From Eledone cirrhosa (Eukaryota): a stretch of DNA of 64,000 nt. The first letter of the stretch is position 1; every line of letters begins with the position of its first letter. The DNA is taken from assembly GCA_964016885.1 (NCBI GenBank), contig OZ024740.1, positions 68,696,001-68,760,000 on the forward strand, written 5' to 3'. A program made the translations under genes and the position numbers. Below the pieces are notes generated by a model. The model was not told where the DNA came from and ran no database searches. It saw only the letters and a list, made by a program, of their open reading frames with translations. Below, piece by piece: positions 1 through 14,310 of the stretch.

Positions 1-683
1 TAAGCAAAAGTAACGAATCCTTCATTTTAATAACTGTGTATACAAATATGACATTTCTCTCAGATCTAAGAATTATGTATTCTAATTGATTGGACGCCAT
101 TATCTAAATATAGCTGAAAAGCTTTCAACTCCATTCCATGGGGATCTACCGTCACATACTTCTAATAATTAAATCTTATTAGATATCTCGACATTAACTC
201 ATTATTTGCTGGTACTGACTTAAATATGTCTTGTCAACATGTGCTGACTTACGAGAGTTTACCAAATGGTTACCTCTTGTAATAATTTCCTATGTTGAAA
301 AATCTTTCATGATTAATCCGATATCAGTAAATTTTAAATTGTTGCTAACGTCTATACTACATGTTTCTGTCTGTGTAGATTTCATCATTTCTTATTTAAT
401 TATTAACTCTACATATATCCCAATTATTATAATCCTAATCGTCAATAATTGACAATTTCCCTTCAGGTTATGTCGGAAAATCAATGCTAATATACAATTA
501 TTACGGATAGATTTTTTGTATATGATTATTATATTTTGCCGTTAAAAGGCAAAAGGATTTGGCATACATGACCTAGGGGAAAACGACATTTTCTTGATGT
601 GAATCAGGTATAATTATGATGAAAATCATTAGAATATGAAATGGCTCAATGAAATATTCACTGGTCCAAGTGCTGGAATCTGT

Positions 684-752
684 CTGTATGTATGTATGTA
701 TGTATGTATGTATGTATGTATGTATGTATGTATGTATGTATGTATGTATGTA
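684..752. repeat. (TATG)n microsatellite
   Basis: Perfect tetranucleotide tandem repeat; source of the spurious YIHT/MYVC ORFs. Confidence 0.97.
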
Positions 753-1499
753 TGGTCGCATTTTCGGCGACTAAACCCGGCAAGCTCACCAAGTTTACTT
801 GGTAATGAGGGTGATATTGAACATCCCGCAGGACAAAAAAAAAAAAACCTGACAAAAGAGGGAAAAACTCATGAGTCAACCGCCATCCAAATATATGTAA
901 ATATGTATATCTGTATATACATGTATGCATGTGTATGTATACATACGGGACATATAAATAATTGGGTTGGATACCCAATCGCACGGTTAAGCCACTGGGA
1001 GTGAAGGGCCCCTAGCATTTGTCAGGGCATTCTTCTAGGAGAAGGCAACTCATGAAACTGGGATAATTCCGACATAAAACCTGCAGCTCAGTAGTTACTG
1101 ATAATGTTGATCTTATCTTCTTTTCGGGTTATAACTGCTGTCGCTCAGAGAGTGGGATTGGCTCAGTGCACAGTCTTTCCTCACTTTAAAAAACATCTTC
1201 ACGCACAGGCATTGTACGATTGAATTAATTAATAATTATTAATAATGGTATATCGTGCAATGGCCATACTCGATAACGAGGGCGCAGTCATCATGTATGT
1301 ATGTACCCGTAACTCCTGCTAGATCGGCGAGGCGCTAAAGTGTCATACGGTGTTTATTGGGCATTTTAAAATCTTGACTGAGCCCACCACCTCTCCTGGT
1401 CTAAACATAACAGATTTCATCCAGAGACGGAGGAGAGAAATATACAATGTGATAGAGAGAAAGTGCAGAGGAAATATACATGAAGTATCAACCTCTGTT

Positions 1500-1640
1500 A
1501 TGGACTGGTAATTATTTTATCGACTTCGAAATTATGAAAGGCGAAGATGATCTCGGCGAGATTGAACACGGTGGAGAGAGTCGGAACAAACAGAGTAAAT
1601 CTGTCAATCCGGCATTCTAAAAACTCTGCCAATTTGGCTT
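1500..1640 (-). mobile_element. Old, diverged copy of the tRNA-derived SINE
   Basis: 'actggtaattattttatcgacttcgaaattatgaaaggcgaagatgatctcggcgagattgaac...ctgccaat' aligns loosely to the reverse complement of the SINE at 18115-18306. Confidence 0.55.
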
Positions 1641-3409
1641 CTATTTCATAGTTAAGAGATTAGCAAAACAGGAAATTTTTCGTTAGATTTTCTTATTGCA
1701 TCATTCTGTACATATACAATTTCTTCTGTAATGTATAGAGAATTGGTGAAAGAGGACAAAATAAATTATTCTTAGACTGAGGACATGTACAAACGCCCAC
1801 AATATAATGAATTCTGCTAAGGACATTCAAAATTGTATATAATGGATACTGCTGAAGATGCCTATCAGCCATTGATCTTAAATCTGACAACAGCCGAATT
1901 ATATCACCTATCAATAGGTACATGGCAGCGGTTGAGTCTAGGTTAGACGCTATCTCATAAGCAGCCTGTACTTGTTCTCACGATCGGCAAAATCTAGTAT
2001 AACACTCTTTTCAATATACACCAAACTAACTTGCAAAATGGAAGGACATATAAAATAACATAGATCCAGAGATATGTCTAAATACAAATAAGACGGGAGC
2101 CTTGGGAATGCAACACGTTTGACCATATGTCGGCTCAAATAACTTTGACCGCTAAATAACTCAAAAGAACAATTTCGCGCAGACAAATTGATTTATGTTA
2201 TTGTAGAACATACTTTACTTCAGAAATTCTCTTCGCAGTATGTTATAGAAAATAATGTAATCAAACTCACTTAGTAAGTTATAGTGGAAAAGCTATGTTT
2301 ATGCCGTACTATGTAAAAGTACAAATTTTGATATATACTATCATCTAAGATATTTTAATATGCAAGTAACTATTTTCAGCTTCAGAGATTTGTATGTAAG
2401 AGAGTTACATCTCTCGCATTGGTATGTTGTAATTGATATTTTTAAATGATTTAATACCGATGATTGATAATTTGGTAAAATAAGGCCGTAGGTAAAATAT
2501 ATATTCAATATTATATTATTTACAAAGATACAACTATGGGGATGGGGGATCTATGAATTAGTCAATGCAATATTGACTTAGTCTATTCACTTCCAACACA
2601 GTATAAATTGAATATTCATGTATAGTTTACAATCAGTTTCATCTTAACGAGGAAATCCTTCCACTCCGTAGGAATAATTTTAATATTGCTTTCATTTTAT
2701 TAAAGTATTTGATTGGACAAAAAACCTGGTGTAATATATTAAAAGAATAGCAGCCTGTCCCATGCATTGAGGCCCTTTCTAAAATCAATATGTGTGAATT
2801 GAAATTAAACCGCGCATTCAAATAGAAATTTAAAGCAGCTTGATGTGAAAATTCAAAATATGTCACGTTATTCCTTCTCTAAACAAGCTGAGTCCTCACG
2901 ATTCCTTCACGTCACAGAACGTAATATATTTCTATAAACTAGATATAATAAAAATAATTAGGGGATAATATGAAAGATGGACATAGATAAGTAATGAAGC
3001 TGTTACTAGCATTATGATATTTCGAACATATGTCTGACGAGCGAGAATTGTTGTGAGTCGTTAAGAAGTAGGATTACATGTTTCAGTGTTTGTTCAAGTT
3101 TTCTGCACTCTGATTTCAAAATCCACCACTGCAATCTTTGATTTTCAATCTTTCTTTGACAATGTGTAAGATACAGGTTCAGACACAGTGTGTAGGGTGT
3201 GGGGTGGAATTAAAGAGTCGAACGAGATGATTTGTAGTGTTCATCCCGCTTTCTATTTTCTGAATTAAAATTTCGAATACATCTGATAGTAATTGCGATC
3301 ACAAAGAGAAGTCCAATGAAAAGAACGCTTTTTATCCCATCATATGTTTGTTGAAGCGGAATGTATGTAATTCTAAACGACGTCTACAAGTACATCACCA
3401 GCACCAGGT

Positions 3410-4680
3410 TCATGTGACCTCCAAAGAGGATGTCACCGATCCACCCACCATCAGGTCCAGGCTTCAACAACTCCAGACTCTCACAAGCAAACTGGGCTTG
3501 ATTGACGGCCACCCAGCTCTCTTTCTGCTGAGGATAGGCTTCGCCATGCCTAAGCGCCTCTATACCCTTCGCAGCGCTTCGTGCTACACCCAGACATCTC
3601 TCCTCGCTGACCTCTATACTTGTTTCCGAGCAGCAGCCGAGGAGATATGCAACGTCAAGTTTGACGATATAGGGTGGGAACAGGCCAATTTACCTGCCAG
3701 GTATGGCGGCCTTGGCCTCCGGTACCCGATCTCACTAGCTTTTTCGGCGTATCTTTCGTCGGTAACCTCGTGCCGCGTCCTCGTCAGCAGGGTACTTCAA
3801 AACACAAGAGAACCCTCTGTGTTCAGAGAACGTGAGGCCGCCTGTGAGACTTAGCTCAGTAGACGTCCCTCCTCCTTCCTTCTCCCCCTGTTGACGTCAA
3901 GTCCTCCCAAAGCACTTGGGATGCCATCCAGTGCAGCCTGGCCTCAGAGAGGCTCATGCGCCAGCTCGACTAGCACCGACTTGCTTGTTTTTGTCCGGCC
4001 TCCAAACCCCACAGTGGTGCCTGGCTCTATGACCTGCCCTCCTTCTCCACTGGCACGCAGCTAGACAACCATAGCCTGCCCATCGGCGTTTCCCTGAGGC
4101 TCGGCCTCCGGATCTGCCAGCCACACCAATGTCGCTCGGTACCACCTTCGACTCTTTCGGGCTCCACCCGCTTTCCTGTCGCCACAATGCCGGCCGTATT
4201 CCACGCCATGCTGCTCTCAACGAGGCCATTAATCATGGCTTGGATTAGCAGGCTTCCCTTCCCAGCTCGACCCGGTGGGGCTGGATCGAGGGGACGGCCA
4301 GATGGCATGACCATCTTTCCATTCCACGATGAAAAACCCCTCGTCTGGGATGCCACTTTCACCTCACTTTCTGCAGCCGCAACCTGGTGCAGTCTGCGAC
4401 TAACCCAGGTTCTGCTGCGCCTCGAGCTGAGGAGACCAAACTCTTCAAATACCGGTCACTCTCCGAAAGGTTTGCGGTCGTACACCTGGCAGTGGAGACT
4501 TCTGGTGTCCTTGGCCCCAGGACTACCTCCTTACTCACCACCATAGGCGCTGAACTGGCCAGCCGCAGGTGTGAGCCCCGCGAGTTGGAATGGCTTTTCC
4601 AGCGCGTCTCCCTTGCCGTCCTCCGGGGAAACGCCTTCTCCATTCTGTCCGCCGGGGCTGTGGGTGGCCCCATCGCGTAT
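3410..4680 (+). mobile_element. CRE-clade non-LTR retrotransposon remnant (RT C-terminus/thumb + restriction-like endonuclease), 5'-truncated, frameshifted
   Basis: Translated motifs across frames: HPALFLLR..AMPK.LYTLRS, WEQANLPARYGGLGLR, LRLGL.IC.PHQC, GLHPLSC..NAGRIPRHAALN, RPDGMTIFPF...KPLVWDAT, K.FKY, LAVETSGVLG, LFQRVSLAVLRGNA. Clearly GC-richer than flanks. Confidence 0.88.
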
Positions 4681-6677
4681 CATTTTTGTAAATATGACAA
4701 CAGTTTATGATTTGATTTTATTGTTGATGTTATTGTTATGTAATGGTTACAGAAGCAGCACAAGCAACCACAATAACCTCAATAGTAACAGCAACTACAA
4801 TTAGAGCAGTAATAAACGCAACGATACTTTTAAGTCATATCATTTTATTTATTGCATATTCAATCTAAAACATATGTTTGCCGAGCCAAACATTTGATTA
4901 CCTTCCCGACTCGCTAAAATTAGTATTTAATTCACCTTCGGATTTTAATCCGACAAATTGAAATTTTATAAACATACTGGAAATGATGGTCCAAAACAGA
5001 AGCGATTAATCAAGACTGTGACAATTCGCCCTATACAATTCATTTCCATGTGTCAGAATGTGTAATACATATTACTGTTTCAGTTCTTTGCAACCTAAGT
5101 TCATCTTCAATAAAATCATCCCTAACTTGACAAATCACTTTGTTTTCAATTTTTGTTGTCACATAAACCAAAGTGTCACTTTAAGAAATAGAACGGTGTA
5201 ATTTGAATGAGGTTTTACTGCTAAAACTGTACCAGCAAGTTAAGTGTCAAATAAATACTTTTCTGTATATCGTATATTTCTTGGCTAAGAAGCGAGAGGA
5301 AGTCTTCATGGTTCATACCTAAATGTTATTTTATGTACCTGGATGCGAGTCACCTACTGAAACAAATATGATCTACGAATCTACAAGCACAACAGCAACA
5401 CCTACACATATTTGCTAAATATAAAACTTTGTTTTAGGAGATATTATAAATGAGATATTCAGTAGATTTGTAATTTACTCAGATAATGAATTTTTTATTA
5501 CGACTATAGTCGAATTCAAGCTTCCCCGGGGAAGATATTTAATGATGTCAAATCAGATACTATGTAAATCTTATTTCATTAAACCTCTAACTTAATCTCA
5601 ATTTCATAAATTCAATTCTTCTTGATATTCTTTTCTTTTACTTATTCAATTAGGAGTATATTTCAGCTGATTTCTTCTTCAAAAGCACAGCAGAAGCCAT
5701 AGTAAAAATGTTTACCAAATTAATGAAATTAAATGCTATTTTTTTGGTGGGAGAGGGGAGTAAAATGTTGATGTTTACTTCAACGTGATATATTTAAATT
5801 TATTTAGACAAATATTCTTCATATGTTTATTATACAATAGGATCAAATTAGGAGGGATTCATCATAATGATTTGGTATCCATACTTCCAGTAAACGTAAA
5901 AATATATAGTTCCGGCAGAGTAAAATATTTAAAAACACAAACAATGCATGGTAATTATTGAGAAAATAAGTAAACAATTTAGTCAACAGGATTCCAGTGG
6001 CTAATTTACTTGTTTATTATCGATGGAGAAAAATATATGTAGAAATTTAATGTTTACCTTGCGCGCATTAAAACGTATCCGGTTAAATGTAAATTATACC
6101 TACCTTTCATTAACTTTCTCAACAAACAATATAACGCATACATACAGACATACATGTTATATACACAAACACATAAACCCCTCTTTCATTTATATTTAGA
6201 AGATATTTAGATGATATAAAATGCCTTGCAATTTATTATTTTACTCTATTAAGAAATTTAGATATTTCTACTTCATTTTGTGAACAAAACGTCACCTCTC
6301 AATCAAATACTATAGTTTTTGGAGATCATTAGTTATTGCTAATACAACACATTGCTTTGAGATTTCCTTCACTTTATTCCGAAAAAGGAAATATGTGTTA
6401 ATCGAAGAAGGTACGGTTCTGAGTCTGTGAGGGTAAGAGAAGTCCCATGATCATGTGAAGTCATGTAACAGATTTCGAAATATCACCTCGGGAATTAATT
6501 AATTATGGCAAATAATTATGGCATATTAGTGAACATAGATAGATACATTAGGTCATTATGATGGTTAAAATTAAATTAACTAATACAATCTGAAATGGTA
6601 AAATGAAATCGGCGCACCAAACGCGCGTACTTGCGTTTCTACGTGCTATGTCTCCGTCGTAGTATTGAATTTATTAT

Positions 6678-6735
6678 CACACACACACACACATACACAC
6701 ACACAGGCGCGCGCGCACGCACACACACACACACA

Positions 6736-6824
<89 letters not shown>

Positions 6825-6851
6825 ACATACACACACACACACAAACACACA
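6678..6851. repeat. (CA)n microsatellite
   Basis: Long dinucleotide tract. Confidence 0.97.
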
Positions 6852-6856
6852 CTTAC

Positions 6857-7830
6857 ATCAGCTATCGTGGGTGCAACAATTCCCCCACATCTCTTTGCTA
6901 GACACTTTGCTTAGACTTTACCACGGTGGCTTCAAAAGGACATCCCTCTTTAATTGGGGCAATCTCTCTTGTCTCCCTTTTTGAAAATTGGGATTTTCTC
7001 CTCCGATTCCCATTGCTTAGGTGGCTTTCCAGAGATCCAGGCAACCAGAAACACACGAGTCAGCCACAGAATTACTTATCTCTTTAAGGCTTTTAACATC
7101 TCGTTCCAAATTTCAATTTCCCCGGCAACCTTGCCAGATTTGAGCTCCTTAATTGCTCTTGTGACTTCAGCTTCCGAAAGATTAGGCATCGGTCACCGAT
7201 GCACCTCGTGTACATCAGGAAATGCTTTTGTAATCGGGTTTAGGAGATCAGCAAAATATTATCTCTAACTGCGAGTATGTACATCTATGAAGAGAGAAGA
7301 ATCCAAGACGTATTGTTGTTAGCAGCTGGGTAGGAGGACTTCTTATTACGAAGGTGGTGGATAGTCTGACGTAACGCTTTATTTGATGTTTAGGTATTAT
7401 CAAGATGCACATAACTAGAATTTCATAAGCTGACACCTCAGTCAATCTCTTAATACGAACATCCAGCAAAGAGATCTGAGAAAATAAAATCAATTATTGA
7501 TCTCTGTTCCTGATGCCCCTTACACCATGTATATTTATGGATGTCTCTGTGCTGGAGGAAGGTGTTTATAATAGAGATTCCATTGCTAGAAAAGTAGTCT
7601 AATAAGGCCTTTCCATTCGTATCTATATCAGGATCACCGTTACTTCCAATCACTCCATTGCATGTCCGGTGATTAGTGCCAACATCGAAGTCTCCCATTT
7701 GATTATATTCTCAGACTTACCTACATTTAACGCTGCAGTGACTTCATCAAGGAAGATACTGTATTCGGATTCCTTGTTTGGTGCATAAGCTTGCACCACA
7801 CACAGAGACCTATGTTTCAGTCTAGGTTAC
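6857..7830 (-). mobile_element. RTE-clade LINE remnant: APE endonuclease and start of RT
   Basis: Minus strand: VVQAYAPN.ESEY, MGDF, NGKALLDY...GISIINTFLQHRDIHKYTW, RSIIDFI; then SEAEVTRAIKELKSGKVAG, IPIFKKGDKRDCPN.RGMSLL; stops and frameshifts. Confidence 0.85.
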
Positions 7831-7899
7831 AAGAGGTATCCAATCTATGGCCCATTCTGACAGCTGGGGAGTGTGTGCATTTCTACTTTAGCCTGCTTA

Positions 7900-8650
7900 T
7901 TTCCCCACTGTTGGTCTTTGGTTATATGTCGTCCGACAGCTGCCGCTTATTTCCCAACTGACAAACATACATGGGGATAATAAAGCTATTCGGCACCTGC
8001 GACATGTTCTCTAGCTGAACATCTCTGCCGAGACACTCATCCTCTCAATGAAGCCTTCTTAACGCAGTCTACATATGAATGGTTTCATTGATAGAATGGG
8101 AGAAGTTCAAGTATCTAGGGGCTGTGTTCACGTGTGATGGAGGCAGGAGGTTGAATTAAATGCAAAAGTTGCAGGTGATTTTTCAGTAATGCACCAGCTT
8201 CAGAATTCGGTAATCAGAAGAAGGGAGGTAGGTGTAGAAGCTATACTCGCTATCTTCAAATATTCGTGCCAACACTTGCGTATGGTCATTAATCTTCGGA
8301 AATTACCGAAAGAATACGGATGCAAATACAAGCGGTCGAAATGGTGGCTTCCGAAAGGATTTGAAATAACATTTCACGATGGTTTGCGTACATCGGAGAC
8401 CAGAGAATCGTTTTGGGTAGAGCCGCTGCTTCTCCGAAATTGAGTGATCACTGCGATTAAATGGGCGTGTGATTTGAATGTCTCAAGAAAGAATAACTGT
8501 TTATAACCAACCAACAGGAGTAGACCACAGGCAATATTGTTGGCTGATTACGCGTGGAGATGCAACCGGATCTGCTGGAAACGGTAGCTTCTGACGAGAT
8601 CCGCTGGAAGAAGTGTTTGAGGACTCTGCACCCACGACAATCCCATGTAT
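7900..8650 (+). mobile_element. RTE-clade LINE 3' end (late RT), followed by simple-repeat tail
   Basis: EKFKYLGAVFTCDG, YGH, RIRMQIQAVEM, VEPLLLR motifs; ends at (AGA)n tract 8651. Confidence 0.75.
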
Positions 8651-8730
8651 GAGAAGAAGAAGAAGAAGAAGAAGAAGAAGAAGAAGAAGAAGAAGAAGAA
8701 GAAGAAGAAGAAGAAGAAGAAGAAGATGAC

Positions 8731-8770
<40 letters not shown>

Positions 8771-8790
8771 ATGTGATGATGATGATGATT
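8651..8790. repeat. (AGA)n-(GAT)n compound microsatellite
   Basis: Direct reading. Confidence 0.97.
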
Positions 8791-8857
8791 GTGTATATAT
8801 ATATATATATGACATAAGTAACGGAAAATCAGTGATGCGACGAATTAAAATTTATTA

Positions 8858-8952
8858 GACATATTACAATCGTTTCTCTGGCTACCAGTGCGAGGCACGG
8901 TCAATGCAATGACCGAACCTGTCTCTGAAATCACAAGATCCTCAGATACGCC
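8858..8952 (-). ncRNA. Type I hammerhead ribozyme with enlarged stem II
   Basis: Minus strand: ggcgtat-CTGAGGA-tct...(~55 nt incl. hairpin cggtca-ttgcat-tgaccg)...aga-GAAA-CGATTG-TA-atatgtc; stem I 7 bp with G-U pairs; flanked by (TA)n. Confidence 0.75.
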
Positions 8953-9084
8953 TCGATTCTTCGAAGCAGAGTTTCCAATATATATATACATATATACAAA
9001 TATATATATATATATAATAATGCTAATGATAGGAACAACAACAATCACCATAATAACAATAATAGCAACACACACAACTATGAC

Positions 9085-11989
9085 GATAGCTATAATGACA
9101 ACCCCTTAGAGAAACTATTCTTCAACGCAGCTGACAAAACATATAAGATGGGTAATATCTATCCTACGAGGTTACCCTTTAATAAAAGAGTTTGCATACC
9201 ACAACAAATAGATGACGAGACAGTTCACAATAGCTACAAATAATATTAGACAAATAGTAGACAGGTATACTAAGAGACAGAGCAGACCAGAGGTCCAATA
9301 ACTTGGGAGGAAATCTGTAGAAGGCTTGATTAGCCTCAGGCAGCGCAGAGGAGATGGTGAGGTAGTATGTCTACCCACGGATAAGTCTGGTAGGATGTCA
9401 ATAGATAGCATGCCGAACTACATCAAGGCTATGCAACACCACATCACCTACACGAGCGAAATTGCACAGCAAATACATGATGGGAAAGAGAAAATCCTCA
9501 ACGCTCACATGATGATGTGGGCCGACATCCTAAAGCCAAGCAAACGCACTGCCAACAACTTCCAGGCGTCTAACAATGGCATACCACTCTTGTATGGGCT
9601 CCGCAAAGACCACAAGACAGTCGACGACCGACAACTGGACCACCAACAAGACCCGTATGCAGAGCAAATATAGCTAGCAACTACAGTATCTCCTATTTCC
9701 TCTCAATGGTTATACGCCTCACAATCAAGATGTCCCCAGATGTATGTGACAGGACAGAGGACCTCCTCAGCAGAATCAGTGAGTGCAACAAAAACAGGAA
9801 CCTATCCAACTGCATAATAGGCAGCATGGATGTAGTATCACTGTACCCATCCATTAACATTGATTTTGCTGTGGAAAAATGTGTGGAGATGATCATTGAG
9901 AGTGAGGTGGAGTTCTGCGACGTCGACACAGACGAACTAGGCCTCCTACTTAGACTTACCTACGACACTGACTACCTAGACAGCCATGACCTTAGACGTT
10001 TCTGCCCCAGTAGACCCATAAGAGGTAGACCCCCCACCATAACCTCAATGTCTAAAAAGACTCCCATTAGAAGGTGGAGTGGGTGGACCAAAGCTATACG
10101 GACCCCCAAAAACAATGATCAGGTAAGAAAAATGGTCGCACATGCAATAGGGGCTAGTATCAAAACTACCCTAATGGGCCACGTATTCAAGTTCAACGAG
10201 AAGCTCTACACCCAAAATGAAGGAGAAGCCATTGGCGTCAGCATAGCTGGTGACGTTGTCAACCTTGTTATGGTATGGTGGGAAAGGAGACTTACAAATC
10301 TTCTTAATGAGAGCTCCATAGACCTCATCATGTGCTCTCGTTGCGTAGACGATATCAATATAGTTATAAGAACATCCCCACAAGAGAGCACTAACAAGTT
10401 TGATTTAGAACGTAGCACAATGGAAAGTATCCAACAGTCAGCTAATTCCATACACCAGACTATAACTGTAATTATCGACTACCCTTCCAAACACCCTAAC
10501 AATAGACTACCTGTATTAGACACGGAACGCTGGATTAACACTATAGACGAGAGGGCCCACATTCTCCACTCACACTATGCTAAACCCATGGCCTCCTGAT
10601 ACTGAAAAACTCAGCAATGTCCAGTAGTGCTAAGTTTAATATTCTGATCGCAGACTTGTACGAGTGATGAAGAACGTGTCCCACATGTGCGACCCAACAG
10701 AAATGGAAAGACACATCCAACACTTCATCAACCGCATGCAGCTCTCTGGCTACAACCAAAGAGACAGAATCACAGTATACGAAGGATCCACGGAGAAGTA
10801 TAAGACCCTCATAGAACTGGACATAAAAGGAATTTGCCCATTATACAGGAGCAAATCATGGAATAGCTTAGATAGTGCTAGACATAAGATAGAGAAAGCC
10901 ACCTCATGGTACGACAACCAGAGATACCAGAGTGTTATGTTTGTGGACGCTACCCCTGGAGGGAAATTAGCTAACCAGTGTAGAAAGGCTCTGAGAAGGA
11001 CCCACTTAAAGATTAAGGTGGTAGAAAAGCCAGGGACCACCATAAAATCCATGATCAGCAAAACCTACCCTCTTAAGAAAACCCACTGTACTAATAGGAA
11101 ATGTATTATATGTAAGGTAAACCCCTGGATAAACTGTAAACCTAGAAACGTAGTCTATAGCATAAGATGTACAGAGGGTACTTGCAGAAACATGACAACA
11201 ACATACATAGGCGAGACAGCTCGTAGCATAGGTGAAAGGATAGACCAACACTGGGGGGAACTAAAATGACGAAATAACGGTTCAATACTATACGAACATG
11301 TCAGACAACAACACGAGGGTAACATAGACAACATAGAAATTAGAATAATATCTAAACATAGAAATGACCCAGCAGATAGGCAAATGAGAGAGAGCAGTGA
11401 AATAGAACTTAGAAGGCCGACGCTAAACAGAAAAAAATGAATGGAATAACAACAACACCCAACCAAACAACACTGACCTAAGAAAAGTATAAATAAATAA
11501 ATAGATAAATAAATAAATACATACACAAGCACAATAACAACACACACATATAAACACACACTAGTAAAGATAGAATACATTAACCAATAGACAGTCACCC
11601 AATACGAACACACATCAAACAAAACACTATACACACATGCAAACGCATGCTCAAAGAAGACAAACAAATAAATAAACAAATAAATAAATATAAAAATAGA
11701 CTAAATAGGGAAAGCGGAGAAAATACAATGCAACGGAAGGAAACAATAGCACCACTGACGATGTTGCAGATGTACAACGAAAGAATTTGATAAACTATAT
11801 ATATGTGTTTGTGTCTATATTGTATCTGTATTTTTGACCGTTGGTCAGTCAATGGCAACATTGAGGACCGAATAAATTAAATTACCGATATAGAAGACAC
11901 AGAAGCGAAAAGCGAAAACCAACCAAACAGTTAGTGTGTTCTGTTATTAATTCTGGCATTATTACACAAATATGACCCTCTCCAATTAT

Positions 11990-11995
<6 letters not shown>
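9085..11995 (+). mobile_element. Penelope-like element (RT + GIY-YIG), decayed, with A-rich 3' UTR ending at (TA)n
   Basis: ORF pieces 9326-9673 (PTDKSG), 9706-10599 (GSMDVVSLYPSI, GEAIG, CVDD, LPVLD), 10664-11269 (MFVDATPGG, KVVEKPG, C..C..C, VVYSIRC...YIGETARS..ER..QH); continues past a stop to HVRQQH...E.....PTLN at ~11440. Confidence 0.92.
11750..11792 (+). ncRNA. Degenerate hammerhead motif in PLE 3' region
   Basis: CTGACGA-t-gttg-cagatgta-caac-GAAA; stems I/III poorly paired. Confidence 0.45.
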
Positions 11996-12039
<44 letters not shown>

Positions 12040-12043
<4 letters not shown>

Positions 12044-12907
12044 TAATAAAATAATGAATAAACTAAGAAACAGTTCCTTATATTAAAAAAAAATCATCAT
12101 TTTACGATCGTTTCTATGATATATATGTGTTAGAGTTGGTATGCATATTCTATAGATCTATGTACAATATTTATACAAACTATCAGGGGGAATATACATA
12201 CCTACACATATATATTCTGTCTTCAGAAATAATGATATTTGTTTATTGAAAAAAACAAAGATTCAATACAATAGGTCTGTTTGGGAACAGGTTTTGAATT
12301 GACTTATCAGGAGATAGTGAGGGTCAAGATAGTAATATAGTAGTAGAAGAACCTTAAATTATGGGTAGAGGAAGGTAGATTTCAGTTTTAGATGGAAAAG
12401 CATATTATGAATGAAGGATTATTTTGCTGACCTCAGAAATAATTTTATTTGTTCATTGAATAAAACCAACAAAGATCTAATATATTCTGTCTGTTTGGTA
12501 AGGGGTTTAGAGTTAACCAATAGAAAGTTAATAATTGGCCAAATGGTAAAATAGTAGTAATTGAAGCTTATTTTAGGGGTGAAAATAGGTCAGGTGGTCA
12601 GTGAAAGGTATACAAGCAGTTGCTGTTATAAAATAGTAATGCCAATACAAATATCTAAGGTGACCAAAGTTTTAAGATAAGAATGTTAGTGAACAAAATA
12701 CATCTATGAAAAGAATATAAAATTAATTTAATTGATGGGTATACTTATATTGATAAAATTATACAAATACATATAGATATGATAAATAAGAGTTAGATGC
12801 AGTTGAAAAGTGCTGTTAAAGATGAGGGGAAATTAAAAGAATATAAAAATAATATATATATATATATATACTTATACACATATATATATATACATATATA
12901 TACACAT

Positions 12908-12970
<63 letters not shown>

Positions 12971-14075
12971 TATACACATACACACACACACATACACACT
13001 TATATATATATATATATATATATGTATACATACATATATATATATATATATATACACACACATACATGCATATATACATACATACACATATATATACACA
13101 CACATACACACTTATATATACATATAATTATTGGGGGGGGGGGTTAAATTTATTAGTGAGAAATAGTAAATATATATAGTTTTCAAGGAACATAGAGTCA
13201 TAACCTGAAGTTAAAGCATTATATATGTTTACTTAATGGTATCAGTTTTAGGAAATTATATTTGTAAGAAGGAAAGCAAAATTATGTAGTTCATCAGTAG
13301 TAGAATATTAATTATAGGTTAACTAAATTAAAAATAGTTCATATATTAATTTCTAAAGTGTATATTAATTAGGTTTATAATATTTAAAGCAGAATTATGT
13401 AGTTCATCAGTAGTAGAATATTAATTATAGGTTAACTAAATTAAAAATAATTTATATATTAATTTCTAAAGTGTATATTAATTAGGTTTATAATATTTAA
13501 AGGTTTTTCTCAGTTTATGATTACACGATATTATTAATTCCTGTCGCTTATTTAATAGGATATACTTAGATTTCATTATTTCGAAAAGTTCTTGGGAACA
13601 TAATCTACATTCATTTCTACTATTTTGATAAGGGGTGGCCCTATTGAGCACACTCCAGGTCAGGTCATATTCTATATTCCTCTTTCTATAACTATTAATT
13701 ATTTCAGCTTTTCAAGAGTATGTTGTATTAGCTAGTGAGGCATTTTTAAAACTATGTTTGTGGGTATTAAATCTTACCTTAAAATTGTTAGAGGTAGCTC
13801 CTATATATGAATAAATTGAGTCCTTAGTGTTTACTTTACATTTATATACTATGTTATTAACAAGGCAATTTCCTTTTAATGGACAGTTTGCCTTGTTTCT
13901 ACAGTTACAACTTTTCGTGAATCCTGTATCTGAGGAGATATTATGGTTAGTTTGATGTACTGGTGGTATACTCATTGTTTTTTTTACATTTATATGCATT
14001 ATAGGCACTTATATTTTGTTTTATGTTTTTGGTTGTTGAGTAGGAGAATTTAACCGTTGATCTATTCAAGATTTG
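12040..14075 (-). mobile_element. Naiad-type PLE, 5'-truncated: GIY-YIG domain + long 3' UTR
   Basis: Minus 14045-13497: SCNCRNKANCPLKGNCLVNNIVYKCKV...YIGATSNNFKVRFNTHKHSF...W...Y...CRLCSQE...LLNKRQELIISCNH; ~113 bp tandem duplication 13275-13500; HHR-like motif near 12100-12190. Confidence 0.88.
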
Positions 14076-14096
14076 ATGGTATATATATATATATAT

Positions 14097-14310
14097 TAGA
14101 AAGTGAGGGTGTTTTTACAAAATGAAAAATAACCGAGGTGTCCTACACGAGTGAATGTATAAACAAAAAAGGATGAAATCGAAAATGCAACTTGAGTCTT
14201 ATTTTTTTTAAAATATATATATTTATTTGGTTCCTTAACCGGTTTCGCAGTTCTTCTGCTTTTCAAGAGTAGAGTTGAGATGGAGGGTCTGTGGTTTTTC
14301 TCACATATTT

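Noticed and set aside
13712-13714. In-frame TGA in Naiad endonuclease as selenocysteine
   Set aside because: Does not align to a conserved Cys (TYS*KAE vs TSLAE); likely decay.
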